Shown: positions 18,463 to 28,328 of the stretch, piece after piece
Layout: each line of letters opens with the position of its first letter
Numbering within the stretch: position 1 is the first letter of the stretch
Source of the DNA: a virus
Taxonomy: Duplodnaviria > Caudoviricetes
DNA: 64,000 nucleotides
Direction: 5' to 3' (one strand)
IMG/VR virus record: IMGVR_UViG_3300021431_000081
Location: 1 to 64,000 of that record
Notes under the pieces: model-generated
Seen by the model: the letters and a program-made list of their open reading frames with translations, nothing else
Told to the model about the DNA's origin: nothing
The model's database searches: none
Translations under genes and position numbers: made by a program

Positions 18463-20720
18463 AAGAAGAAAGAATTGAAATCAGTTGTACTGTAGAATCA
18501 ATTCGATACTATAAAGATGCATGGGGAATCATTTCCGTGTCTGTGAAAGAGGTAATGGCGGGTTCCCCTATTACGGATAAATGGGGAGAATTAATATTAA
18601 AAGGTAATATGCCACAAGTAAAACAAGGATTTGATTATCATGTAGTGGCAGAATATGTTAATGATCCTAAATGGGGTGGACAGTATAATATTCTGCGTAT
18701 GTATTCTATAATTGATTTGGATAATTGTAATGATGAAATGAAGCATAAATTTTTATCCATATTATTTACAGAGAAGCAGTTAACCGAGTTATATAAAACA
18801 TTAGATGATCCTTTTACTACTTTAAAAAATGAAGATGCTACTGCTTTGGTAACAGTTAAGGGCGTAGGTTTCTTTAAAGCAATAGATTATATTAATCGGT
18901 TTAAAACTAATATACATTTAGGAAGGATTTTTACAGAATTGGCAGATTATAATTTGACTAATAACATGGTGCAAAGACTTATGGATAGATACGGATCACC
19001 AGATGTTATTATTCAAAAAATCAAAGACAATCCTTATATTCTTGCCAACGAAGTTGAGGGCATCGGATGGGCAACGGCAGATAAAATAGCTTTGGCAGGT
19101 GGTATTAATAAATATGATCCTAGACGTATAGGTGCCTATATTTATAAATACCTTAATGACAAGGGGAAAGAAGGATATTCTTGGATCACATCTGATGAAC
19201 TAATGGGCGGTATTTTAGAAGGTATTGGGGACGATACACCAGATAGTCAAATTGGTGAAGCGATCCATCAAATGGAAGATCGTCTTTGGTACAATGAGGA
19301 TAAATCTAAGATTGGTTTAAGATATTATTATGATATTGAAAAGCATATTGCTGAAGAACTGATTCGTTTGAGAGATGCAGACCCTTTTATTCCTGATTCT
19401 TCATTAAATGATTGGGAAGATATTATTAAAAGACTAGAAAAACGTCAGGGTTGGCAATATACTACTGAACAGATTGATGGTATTAAATTAGCATTAACAA
19501 ATAATATTACATTGATTACAGGCATGGCAGGTACTGGTAAGTCAACATTAGTTCGTGCTATCTTACAGGTATTAGGGAGTCATACTTATGTACAGTGTGC
19601 TTTATCTGGTAGAGCTGCTTCAAGATTAAGTGAGATTACTGGAGAAGAAGGACAAACTATCCATAGATTATTAGGTTATCCATGTCATACTAATAGTGGG
19701 AAAGATGGCTTTGCTCATCATGAAGACTGCCCATTAGATTATGAAATTTATATTCTTGATGAAATATCAATGGTTGATTCTACATTGTTTTATTATTTAT
19801 TAAGAGCCATTCCGTCTGGAGCAAAATTAATTTGTTTGGGAGATCATGGACAATTAGAGGCAATTGGTAGTGGGAATATAGCGCATGATATGATATCTTC
19901 ACCAGAAATTCCGACTGTGATGCTTACAAAAATTCAACGTCAGGCAGAAGCCTCTGGTATTATTTCTGAAGCATTTAAGGTACGAAATGGGCAGCAGATA
20001 ATTGAAGAAGAATGGACAGGAACAACCGTTAAAGGAGCGTTGAAGGATTTAAAAATTATTGCATATTCCGATGCATCCAATACTTTTTATAAGATTATGG
20101 CAGAGTATTCTGCATTATTTAACAGCAAAGACTTTGATTTGTTACAGACACAAATTATTGTTCCAGTTAAAAATAAGGGCAGTGCTTGTACTTCTGAATT
20201 AAATAATGCTGTACAAGAATTGATTAATCCTGCTAACAAGAAAAAGAAAGAAACATTAGTACATACTTTGGGTCGTAATTATATTTTACGAGAAGGAGAT
20301 AAAGTAATCAATGTTCAGAACAATTATAAAACGTCGCCTCCTATTTATAATGGTAACATGGGCATTATTCGTTCCATTAATGAAGAAAATGAAGAAATGA
20401 TCATTGATTTTATGGGAATAGGCGAAGTAGCTGTCGAGCGAAAATTTTGGAATAACATTGATTTAGGATATGCAATTACTATACATAAATCTCAGGGTTC
20501 TGAATGGGATCATGTAATTATTGGTATAGACTTTAGTGGGTATATTATGTTAACTAGAGAGTTGTTATATACAGCTATTACTCGTGCAAAAAAAAGTTGT
20601 TATTTATCCGTACAGACAAATGCATTTAGATATGCTACAGCAAATGAAGCTGTAAAAAATAAAACCACCCACTTAAAAGAATTGCTCCATGAAGTAGCAC
20701 ATCCCAAATTAACATTTTAA
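18459..20720 (+). CDS. recD2: RecD2-like SF1B helicase
   Basis: HhH repeats (GIGWATAD), GMAGTGKS, TIHRLL, DEISM, GDHGQL, YAITIHKSQGSE and LLYTAITRA. Confidence 0.93.
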   Translation: MKEERIEISCTVESIRYYKDAWGIISVSVKEVMAGSPITDKWGELILKGNMPQVKQGFDYHVVAEYVNDPKWGGQYNILRMYSIIDLDNCNDEMKHKFLSILFTEKQLTELYKTLDDPFTTLKNEDATALVTVKGVGFFKAIDYINRFKTNIHLGRIFTELADYNLTNNMVQRLMDRYGSPDVIIQKIKDNPYILANEVEGIGWATADKIALAGGINKYDPRRIGAYIYKYLNDKGKEGYSWITSDELMGGILEGIGDDTPDSQIGEAIHQMEDRLWYNEDKSKIGLRYYYDIEKHIAEELIRLRDADPFIPDSSLNDWEDIIKRLEKRQGWQYTTEQIDGIKLALTNNITLITGMAGTGKSTLVRAILQVLGSHTYVQCALSGRAASRLSEITGEEGQTIHRLLGYPCHTNSGKDGFAHHEDCPLDYEIYILDEISMVDSTLFYYLLRAIPSGAKLICLGDHGQLEAIGSGNIAHDMISSPEIPTVMLTKIQRQAEASGIISEAFKVRNGQQIIEEEWTGTTVKGALKDLKIIAYSDASNTFYKIMAEYSALFNSKDFDLLQTQIIVPVKNKGSACTSELNNAVQELINPANKKKKETLVHTLGRNYILREGDKVINVQNNYKTSPPIYNGNMGIIRSINEENEEMIIDFMGIGEVAVERKFWNNIDLGYAITIHKSQGSEWDHVIIGIDFSGYIMLTRELLYTAITRAKKSCYLSVQTNAFRYATANEAVKNKTTHLKELLHEVAHPKLTF

Positions 20721-20740
20721 ATTAGATAAATTATACACAC

Positions 20741-20769
20741 TTGCATTATAATGCATTGTATGTTATATT
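20741..20769 (+). promoter_or_regulatory. sigma-A-type promoter overlapped by a 14-bp palindrome
   Basis: TTGCAT (20741), 17-bp spacer, TATATT (20764) with an extended TG. The palindrome TGCATTATAATGCA spans 20742-20755. Confidence 0.6.
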
Positions 20770-20826
20770 AGTATGTGTGAAAAGAAAAAGCACCTATATT
20801 AGTATATATAAAAAGGAGACACGATT

Positions 20827-21081
20827 ATGATAACATTTGATGGGGAATATACTCTCATGCTTCACATGGAAGAAACCGAAGATCAGGCTTTGGAAAGAGG
20901 TGGAGTGAATATTGATGAAGTCAAACAGAATATAGCCAGTCTTATTGACTGGCTCCTGGCAGCAATATCTGAAAACATTGAACTAAAAGATACTGACTAT
21001 GTTTCTATTATTCCGAATGAATTGAAACTGGTCATGAATGACAAAGAGATACCGCTTGATGAAAATGAAGACGATGAATAA
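20827..21081 (+). CDS. hypothetical acidic protein
   Basis: AAGGAG RBS; 84 aa. Confidence 0.7.
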   Translation: MITFDGEYTLMLHMEETEDQALERGGVNIDEVKQNIASLIDWLLAAISENIELKDTDYVSIIPNELKLVMNDKEIPLDENEDDE

Positions 21082-21104
21082 ATAAATTAAAAAGGAGAGT
21101 ATCA

Positions 21105-21230
21105 ATGTCAACAATAGCTTATGACTGTATTTGCTTGGCAACTTTTGCAATTGGTGTAATTGTCGGTTGGGTAATAGCCATGGATGATAAAAATGGTATG
21201 AATGATGATTGGCGTTGGAGGTGGAAATAA
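21105..21230 (+). CDS. small single-TM protein (not in ORF track)
   Basis: MSTIAYDCICLATFAIGVIVGWVIAMDDKNGMNDDWRWRWK*; AAGGAG RBS; TAATG coupling to the next gene. Confidence 0.6.
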   Translation: MSTIAYDCICLATFAIGVIVGWVIAMDDKNGMNDDWRWRWK

Positions 21231-21484
21231 TGCAGGATGGAATGTATGAATCTAAGGATAAGATGGTAAGCCATCCTAGTCATTATCAGTCTAAAACAGG
21301 ATTGGAAGTACTGGATGTGATTGAAGCTTTTACTGAAGATCTGATGGGAGTCGAAGCTACTGATACTGGTAATATCATCAAATATGCTTGTCGTTGGAAA
21401 AAGAAGAATGGCATTCAGGATCTTGAGAAGATTCTGTTTTATACTACACATCTGATAAAACATCTGGAGGCACAAAATGAGTAA
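21230..21484 (+). CDS. DUF3310 (SaV-like) protein
   Basis: VSHPSHY...EVLDVIE...GNIIKYACRWKKKNGIQDLEK. Confidence 0.85.
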   Translation: MQDGMYESKDKMVSHPSHYQSKTGLEVLDVIEAFTEDLMGVEATDTGNIIKYACRWKKKNGIQDLEKILFYTTHLIKHLEAQNE

Positions 21485-21881
21485 GTTGAAAGTATACCTC
21501 GCAGGTGCGAGTAAGAATGAGTCAGATGAAGGACTGGGTTGGAGAAGGACAGTATTTAATGATTGGAATTCGGAATTCATTCAGATTATCAATCCCTTGG
21601 ATTACTTCCGTTATTCTGAAGATTGGCATCAAAGTGATAAACAGGTTAAAGAGTATTATCTGTCTCGTATTCGTAAAAGTGATGTGATTCTTGTTAATCT
21701 AAATAACAGTGACAGTTCATGCGGTACTTGTCAGGAAATCCAATATGCCATAGATCATGACATACCAGTTATTGGTTTCGGACGAGATCATGTATATAAC
21801 TGGTTACTTGTTGATTGTCAGTGCGTATTTGATACTGTTGAAGAAGCCATGGAGTACATTATAGATTATTATGGAGAATAA
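21477..21881 (+). CDS. nucleoside 2-deoxyribosyltransferase / nucleotide N-hydrolase-like protein
   Basis: VYLAG, INP, SDVILVNL, GTCQEIQYA and PVI motifs of the NDT/DNPH1 fold. Confidence 0.8.
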   Translation: MSKLKVYLAGASKNESDEGLGWRRTVFNDWNSEFIQIINPLDYFRYSEDWHQSDKQVKEYYLSRIRKSDVILVNLNNSDSSCGTCQEIQYAIDHDIPVIGFGRDHVYNWLLVDCQCVFDTVEEAMEYIIDYYGE

Positions 21882-21884
21882 GAA

Positions 21885-23870
21885 ATGAGTACAATAGATA
21901 CAATTAAAGATTTGGTAAAGACTCTGAATGAATACAGAGATGCCTATTACAACAACAGTAAGCCTATTGTATCTGATGCGGATTATGATAAGCTGTATGA
22001 TCAGTTAGAACGTCTGGAGAAAGAAACAGGTATTATCTTTTCCAATTCTCCAACTCAGACAGTAGGGTATCCAGTAAAGAGTGGATTTGAAAAGGTTACT
22101 CATAGTCATCCTATGTTGAGTTTATCAAAGACGAAGGACGTACTTGAGTTTTCTACTTACTGTGGTAATAAGCCTAGTCTGGTTAGTTTGAAAATGGATG
22201 GCCTGACTGTGCTGCTTACTTACGAGGATGGTAAACTTATTCAAGCAGAGACACGGGGTGACGGACAGATCGGTGAACTGATCACGGATAATGCCAAAGC
22301 CTTTATTAACATTCCACTTACAATTCCTTATAAGGATCATCTGGAGATTGAGGGTGAAGCTATTATCACGACAGATGATTTTGAGAAAATCAATTCCAGA
22401 CTTCCTAAATCAGAACAGTTTGCTAATCCCAGAAATCTGGCAAGCGGATCTGTAAGACAGTTGGATGCAGCAATCACTGCTAAACGGTTTGTACGGTTTA
22501 TTGCTTGGAAAGTACCATACCTAAATGAAATTGCCAGTGATAAAAATCTTAATGATTTTGCGGATAGATTGGATTTTGCTGAAGAATTAGGTTTTGATAT
22601 TGTGCCGTATTTCAGGGTGGCTAATTATGACTTGGTAAAAGAATGTATAAATAAATTAAAGAATAAAGCGGATCAATATAATTATCCATATGATGGATTC
22701 GTTCATACATACAGAGATATTAAATATGGGTATCTATTAGGTAATACAGGCCATCATCCTAAACACAGTTTTGTTCTTAAGGAACAAGATGAAGAATACG
22801 AAACCGAATTAACAGATATCATCTGGCAGATGGGGAAAACTGGACAGTTAACTCCTGTAGCTGTTTTTAATGAGGTGGATATTGATGGTAGTAAAGTTAA
22901 TCGTGCTTCATTGCACAACGTTAGTATTCTTACTAATCTGGATCTTCAGATAGGAGATAAGATTACTGTATATAAATCGAATATGATAATCCCTCAAGTA
23001 AAGAGGAATTTGTCAGCAGATGATCGGGAATCTACTTATATTAATATTCCTGCTACTTGTCCTGTATGTGGTTCGCCTACAAAGATCCAGAGAGATAATG
23101 ATTCAGATGTACTGATTTGTACGAATCCTGATTGTAGAGGTAAATTGCTTGGTAAATTGAAACACTTCTGCTCTAAGGATGCCATGGATATACAGGGATT
23201 ATCTGAAGCTACTCTGGAGAAATTCATTAATTTGCATTGGATTGGTAACATCTCTGAAATTTGTGAAGTATTAGAGAATCCCTCACATTACAGACGTTTG
23301 ATTGGCATGGATGGATTCGGTGTGAAATCAGTAGATAAACTTCGTAAAGCCATACAGGATAGCAAACATACTACACTAGATCGATTCATCAATGCATTGT
23401 CAATTCCAAATATTGGTAAAGAAGCTGCAAAGACAATCGCCAAGTATTTTGATTATGACTGGATTAAATTCGGTATAGCATGTAATACCAATTTTAACTG
23501 GCAGAAATTGGATGATTTTGGTGAAATCATGGCAAAGAGCATCACCAAGTTTTGGAATGATAATAAAGATTGGGTTACGGAATTGGGGTCTAGTATGGAT
23601 TTCTATAATCCAAATGCAACCACAGATAACACGCAAAATAATGCGCTTAAAGGCAAGACTTTTGTGATAACTGGTAAGTTAATTCATTTTAAGAATAGAG
23701 ATGAACTGGTTAAAAAGATTGAAGCCTACGGTGGTAAGGTTGCAGGTTCGGTTAGTAAGAATACTGATTATCTCATTAATAATGATGTGAATTCTACTTC
23801 TGGTAAAAATAAGAAAGCCAAGGAATTAGGTGTCAAGATTATTACTGAGGAACAGTTTCTTAGTGAATGA
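21885..23870 (+). CDS. ligA: NAD-dependent DNA ligase
   Basis: YY..D..YD, PMLSL, KMDG, TRGDG, NPRNLASGS, C4 zinc finger, HhH and C-terminal BRCT (GKTFVITG). Confidence 0.96.
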   Translation: MSTIDTIKDLVKTLNEYRDAYYNNSKPIVSDADYDKLYDQLERLEKETGIIFSNSPTQTVGYPVKSGFEKVTHSHPMLSLSKTKDVLEFSTYCGNKPSLVSLKMDGLTVLLTYEDGKLIQAETRGDGQIGELITDNAKAFINIPLTIPYKDHLEIEGEAIITTDDFEKINSRLPKSEQFANPRNLASGSVRQLDAAITAKRFVRFIAWKVPYLNEIASDKNLNDFADRLDFAEELGFDIVPYFRVANYDLVKECINKLKNKADQYNYPYDGFVHTYRDIKYGYLLGNTGHHPKHSFVLKEQDEEYETELTDIIWQMGKTGQLTPVAVFNEVDIDGSKVNRASLHNVSILTNLDLQIGDKITVYKSNMIIPQVKRNLSADDRESTYINIPATCPVCGSPTKIQRDNDSDVLICTNPDCRGKLLGKLKHFCSKDAMDIQGLSEATLEKFINLHWIGNISEICEVLENPSHYRRLIGMDGFGVKSVDKLRKAIQDSKHTTLDRFINALSIPNIGKEAAKTIAKYFDYDWIKFGIACNTNFNWQKLDDFGEIMAKSITKFWNDNKDWVTELGSSMDFYNPNATTDNTQNNALKGKTFVITGKLIHFKNRDELVKKIEAYGGKVAGSVSKNTDYLINNDVNSTSGKNKKAKELGVKIITEEQFLSE

Positions 23871-23883
23871 TGAAAGGATTATT

Positions 23884-24354
23884 ATGAGAGGACCAATAAA
23901 AGATCTTACTGGACAGAGATTTGGAAGATTAGTCGTTTTGGGTGATAGTGAAAAAAGACGATGGGGTCAGGTACTATGGAAATGTCGATGTGATTGTGGA
24001 AAAGAAATTTTAAAACCTGCGGGACATCTTGCAGCAGGTGAAATAAATTCTTGTGGTTGTTTAAGTCGAGAGACAGCACACAATCAACAAATAAAAAAAC
24101 TTGATAAAAACGGCGCTATGCCTGAAAAAATTATAAAATATAAGAATAATTCAAATAATACTTCTGACTATAAAGGAGTATCTTTAAAAAATAATATTTA
24201 TTGGACTGCCCAGATTTGTTACGCAAGAAAACAATATCATCTTCTTTGTAGCCATAACATCAACGATTGCATAGCCGTTCGTCAAGAAGCAGAACAGGCA
24301 GTTAAAGACGGTAACTTCTTAGAATGGATTGCAGCTTACAAAGGACATAAATGA
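23884..24354 (+). CDS. homing-endonuclease-associated Zn-ribbon + AP2-like DNA-binding protein
   Basis: DLTGQRFGRLVV...WKCRCDCG...SCGC followed by NNTSDYKGVS...WTAQI (AP2-like); no HNH motif seen. Confidence 0.75.
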   Translation: MRGPIKDLTGQRFGRLVVLGDSEKRRWGQVLWKCRCDCGKEILKPAGHLAAGEINSCGCLSRETAHNQQIKKLDKNGAMPEKIIKYKNNSNNTSDYKGVSLKNNIYWTAQICYARKQYHLLCSHNINDCIAVRQEAEQAVKDGNFLEWIAAYKGHK

Positions 24355-24378
24355 ATAAATTAAAAACGGAGGGTAATA

Positions 24379-26679
24379 ATGATTGACGAAAAAGCATATC
24401 ATTGGCTGAATGAGAATCAGTTGTCATATGACATCTGGGAAAAGAAGTACAGATACAATGGTGAATCATTTGATGAATGGTTGGATCGTGTATCTGGTGG
24501 AGATGCAGAACTGAGGGAATTGATCAAGGATAAAAAGTTCTTGTTTGGTGGAAGAACACTTAGTAATCGGGGAACAGATAAAAAAGGTAGTTTCTCAAAC
24601 TGTTATAGTCGGGGATTTGTACATGATTCCTTAGAGGATCTTATGCAAGCAGCTTCGGATATTGCTCATACCTTTAAGGCACAAGGCGGTCAGGGACTTT
24701 CTTTATCTAAGGTCCGACCTAAAGGCGCTCCTATAAACCACGGTCAGTTTGTCTCAGATGGTATTATTCCTTTTATGGAAATTTACAATAGAGTGACAGA
24801 ATCTATTAGTCAGGGTGGAAGTAGAAAAGGTGCTTTGTTAATGAGCCTTGATATCTGGCATAAAGAAGCTGAAGATTTTATAAAGATAAAATCAGAAGAA
24901 GGGCGTATTCAAAAAGCTAATCTGTCATTAGAAATAGATGACTCTTATATGGAGTATATTGAAAAATATCTTCAGACGAGGGATAAACCAATAGTTCTTG
25001 CAACTCAAATATTCGGTGGTGAAACTATTAATTATAATGTCGATCCCGTCCATCTTTATAAACTTATGATGGAAAAAGCTTGGGATTGGGGAGAGCCTGG
25101 GTGTATCTTTACCAATCGTTTTAGAAATTATAATTTAATGGAATATGTTGATGAATATACCATTGAGAACTGCAACCCTTGCGGGGAGCAACCGCTGCCA
25201 AAACACGGGGCGTGCAATTTAGGCAGTATTAACCTTTCACCTTTTGTGAAAAACACTTTTACGAATACTTCATATTTTGATTTTGATAGCTTTGGCAAAG
25301 CAGTTGATATTGCTATTAGAAGTTTGGATCGAATCATTGATGAAAATAAAGATAATCATGCATTACCTGAACAAAAAGAGATGGCGATGAAATATCGTAA
25401 CATCGGCCTTGGAATTATGGGGATGTATGATGCACTTGCTAAAATGCAGATGACATATGGTAGTAAAGAATCTATAGACTTTATGAATGATTTAATGGGA
25501 TTCATGTTCCGTAGGGCAGTTATTGCTAGTAGTAAGTTGGCAGAAAATTTTGGAACATTTCCAGGGTATAAGAGTGAAGTACTTAATTCTTCCATTATCC
25601 GTAAGCATTTTTCTGCACAAGAGTTAGATGAACTTGGTATTAGAAAACATGGATTAAGAAATTGTAGTCTTTTGTCAATTGCACCTGCAGGATCAATTGG
25701 AACTATGTTGGATGTAGCCACTGGTTGCGAACCCGCATTTAGCATCAGTTATCAGCGGAAAACAGAATCTCTGAATAATGGACAGGATAAGTATTATACA
25801 GTGTATATGGGAGTTGCTAAAGAATTCTTAGATAAATTCCCTGATACTAATCTTCCTTCTTATTTTGTTACGGCTTCAGATTTGGATTGGCATGATCGTA
25901 TTGATATGCAAGCAGTATTGCAGGATCACGTAGATACAGCTATTTCCTCTACAGTAAATCTTCGAAATGATATTACAGTCGAAGAGATTGAACAGCTTTA
26001 TTACTACGCTTGGAAAAAAGGTCTTAAAGGGGTGACGATTTTCCGTGATGGATGTAAGCGTACTGGTATTCTTACTACTGATAAAAAGACCACAGATGAC
26101 GAGCCTGTACCTGCCAATACTAATCCTCGTGAGTTCAAGAGAGGAATGATCATTAAGGTCAACAACGATACAGTTGGCAAAGAAAGACACCTGCAGACAG
26201 GATGTGGAACACTTCACATGGCAGCATTCTTTGATCCTAGCAATGGGGATCTTCTTGAGTGTTATCTCAGTAAGGGCAGTACTGGTGGATGCCAGTCAAA
26301 TCTTGCAGGTATTTCCAGATTGATTTCACTGTCAGCCAGAGGTGGAGTTGATGTATATGCCATTGCTGATCAGCTTAAATCTTGTCCTACATGCCCGTCT
26401 TATGCTGTGCGACATGCCAAACACAAAGATACATCTATAGGTGACTGCTGTCCCTCTGCTATTGCGAATGCACTGCTTGAAATGTACAAAGAGATGCAGA
26501 TGGATATCAGTGACGAAGATGGAACAACAGTTACTAAGAAGCCTGTACCAGTTGAGATGACTACAGTACTTGATAAAGAAGAGACTCATTCACTTACCTG
26601 TCCTGAATGCGGTGAAGCCCTCTCTATGGAAGGTGGATGTATGGTTTGTCATTCCTGTGGTTATAGCAAATGTGAATAA
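24379..26679 (+). CDS. nrdJ: class II (adenosylcobalamin-dependent) ribonucleotide reductase
   Basis: SNCY, NPCGEQPL, CNLGSINL, IAPAGS, AISSTVN and KGVTIFRDG motifs; C-terminal TSCPD-like domain and CPEC...CHSCGYSKC; no NrdB nearby. Confidence 0.9.
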   Translation: MIDEKAYHWLNENQLSYDIWEKKYRYNGESFDEWLDRVSGGDAELRELIKDKKFLFGGRTLSNRGTDKKGSFSNCYSRGFVHDSLEDLMQAASDIAHTFKAQGGQGLSLSKVRPKGAPINHGQFVSDGIIPFMEIYNRVTESISQGGSRKGALLMSLDIWHKEAEDFIKIKSEEGRIQKANLSLEIDDSYMEYIEKYLQTRDKPIVLATQIFGGETINYNVDPVHLYKLMMEKAWDWGEPGCIFTNRFRNYNLMEYVDEYTIENCNPCGEQPLPKHGACNLGSINLSPFVKNTFTNTSYFDFDSFGKAVDIAIRSLDRIIDENKDNHALPEQKEMAMKYRNIGLGIMGMYDALAKMQMTYGSKESIDFMNDLMGFMFRRAVIASSKLAENFGTFPGYKSEVLNSSIIRKHFSAQELDELGIRKHGLRNCSLLSIAPAGSIGTMLDVATGCEPAFSISYQRKTESLNNGQDKYYTVYMGVAKEFLDKFPDTNLPSYFVTASDLDWHDRIDMQAVLQDHVDTAISSTVNLRNDITVEEIEQLYYYAWKKGLKGVTIFRDGCKRTGILTTDKKTTDDEPVPANTNPREFKRGMIIKVNNDTVGKERHLQTGCGTLHMAAFFDPSNGDLLECYLSKGSTGGCQSNLAGISRLISLSARGGVDVYAIADQLKSCPTCPSYAVRHAKHKDTSIGDCCPSAIANALLEMYKEMQMDISDEDGTTVTKKPVPVEMTTVLDKEETHSLTCPECGEALSMEGGCMVCHSCGYSKCE

Positions 26680-26689
26680 AGGAGCAGAT

Positions 26690-27028
26690 ATGATCGTTCC
26701 TAATTCGTATGAATTAAATTATAACGTTAACCGCTATAGATTGGAGAAAACAGGTTTCGTAAGAAGCTGTGGTTTATATAGTAAAAGGTATTGGTTAAAA
26801 AAACCTTTTATTTATGTATCTCTGGATATTGACTTGGAGGAGAATTCACTTCTCCTTCAGGTCAAAAATATAAATAATGATTTATACTATACTCCATTTT
26901 ATTGTGAAAATGAACGTTGTAATAATCTAGTTTATCCAAAAGTGGTTAAAAAATACAATAAAATAATGGATGGTTTATGTAAAAAAGGAATCTTATATAA
27001 ACCCATAGGAGAGAAAGCGTATGGTTAA
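26690..27028 (+). CDS. hypothetical protein
   Basis: AAGGAG RBS before ATG 26690. Confidence 0.65.
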   Translation: MIVPNSYELNYNVNRYRLEKTGFVRSCGLYSKRYWLKKPFIYVSLDIDLEENSLLLQVKNINNDLYYTPFYCENERCNNLVYPKVVKKYNKIMDGLCKKGILYKPIGEKAYG

Positions 27029-27188
27029 GTTAATAATAACCTGTATCTTTATTGCTTTTGTTGTATTCATCATTCTTTTCTGGCAAGGTGCTGCATTGAA
27101 TAAGACTGATGAAGACAGAATGATGGATGATAAAGAACAGGAAGAATACATTAAAGCATGGAACGAGGGGCATAGTAAAAATGGCTAA
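27021..27188 (+). CDS. small single-TM protein (not in ORF track)
   Basis: MVKLIITCIFIAFVVFIILFWQGAALNKTDEDRMMDDKEQEEYIKAWNEGHSKNG*, with an AGGAG RBS. Confidence 0.65.
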   Translation: MVKLIITCIFIAFVVFIILFWQGAALNKTDEDRMMDDKEQEEYIKAWNEGHSKNG

Positions 27189-27351
27189 ATCAGTAATGAA
27201 TGCTTCTAAATGTTTTGAATGTGAATATGGCGAAAGCTATAAGGATAAAAAGTTAGAAAAGGTGCATTGTTTAGATAGAGATAAGCATTATATCTATGGA
27301 CAGTATATTGCACCGTGTGAATATTTTAAGGCTAAAGATAAGGAGAAATAA
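27181..27351 (+). CDS. small Cys-rich (putative Zn-binding) protein
   Basis: CFECEY...VHC...PCEYF; GAGG RBS. Confidence 0.6.
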   Translation: MAKSVMNASKCFECEYGESYKDKKLEKVHCLDRDKHYIYGQYIAPCEYFKAKDKEK

Positions 27352-27352
27352 T

Positions 27353-27787
27353 ATGTTACTTGCTAGAGTTATGTATCACGTAGATGGACTAGAAAAGATT
27401 GAAAGACTGCCCCAGGGTGACTGGACGGATCTGAGAGCTGCAGAGGATGTAGAACTGAAAGCAGGAGATTTTGCTCTGATTGATCTGGGAGTGAGTATTG
27501 AGATGCCTGCAGGATATGAAGCAATCATTGCACCGAGAAGCAGTACGTTTAAGAACTTCGGTGTGCTTCAAACAAACGGAATCGGCGTAATTGATAATTC
27601 CTATAATAGTAGTCAGGACGTTTGGAAGATGCCTGTATATGCAACACGAGACACCGTAATCCATAAAAATGATCGTATCTGTCAGTTCCGTATGCAGAAG
27701 ATTTCTCCTGATGCATTCTTTAAGACAGTTGATAATCTGGATCACAATCTTCCTCGTGGAGGGTTTGGCAGTACAGGGGTGGACTAA
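27353..27787 (+). CDS. dut: trimeric dUTPase
   Basis: DLRA, PRSS, GVIDNSY, RICQ and RGGFGSTG motifs. Confidence 0.95.
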   Translation: MLLARVMYHVDGLEKIERLPQGDWTDLRAAEDVELKAGDFALIDLGVSIEMPAGYEAIIAPRSSTFKNFGVLQTNGIGVIDNSYNSSQDVWKMPVYATRDTVIHKNDRICQFRMQKISPDAFFKTVDNLDHNLPRGGFGSTGVD

Positions 27788-28056
27788 TGTCTAAAAACAG
27801 AATAACTTATAGTTTTATCTGTGATATAAAAGATCAGCCTGGTTATAAAGTCCGTTATCATGTGATTGGTTGGACTATTAGAGATCATAAAGAAGTGTTG
27901 TTGTGTGAAGATGGAACTACTCTTGAGATCGATCCTGCAAAACTTAAAAAGATGATTTCAGATAAGGACTTTTTACAGTTTAATTATGATGATTACATGG
28001 AGAAGTTATGGCTTTTTGGTTCACTTGTGAAGAACGTGAAGAGGTGTCTTATTTAA
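27787..28056 (+). CDS. hypothetical protein
   Basis: TAATG coupling to dut. Confidence 0.65.
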   Translation: MSKNRITYSFICDIKDQPGYKVRYHVIGWTIRDHKEVLLCEDGTTLEIDPAKLKKMISDKDFLQFNYDDYMEKLWLFGSLVKNVKRCLI

Positions 28057-28328
28057 TATGTAAAACTCTGTTTGGCATTCTGGATAAACTGATAATAGAA
28101 AATAAGATGTCAATTGGATATAACATACGTGAAATAGGTCGTTACAGAGAAATAGATATATGGGTTTATTACTTAAAAGATGGAACACTTGAAACAATAA
28201 TCGGTAAAAGATTTCCTGTAAAGAAAAAATATAAAGATCCTCAGAAGCTGAAAGAGTTTATTGAAGATATTATGAAAAAAGTTGTAATGCGTTATAACCG
28301 CATTGAAAGTTTAAGGGTGAAAACATGA
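28008..28328 (+). CDS. hypothetical protein (start uncertain)
   Basis: ORF filling the gap, ending with an ATGA overlap to the ThyA-like gene. Confidence 0.5.
   Translation: MAFWFTCEEREEVSYLICKTLFGILDKLIIENKMSIGYNIREIGRYREIDIWVYYLKDGTLETIIGKRFPVKKKYKDPQKLKEFIEDIMKKVVMRYNRIESLRVKT

Noticed and set aside
14563-26679. Inteins or introns in dnaE, recD2, ligA or nrdJ
   Set aside because: The ORFs are continuous and of normal length, and no intein splice motifs or LAGLIDADG inserts were seen.
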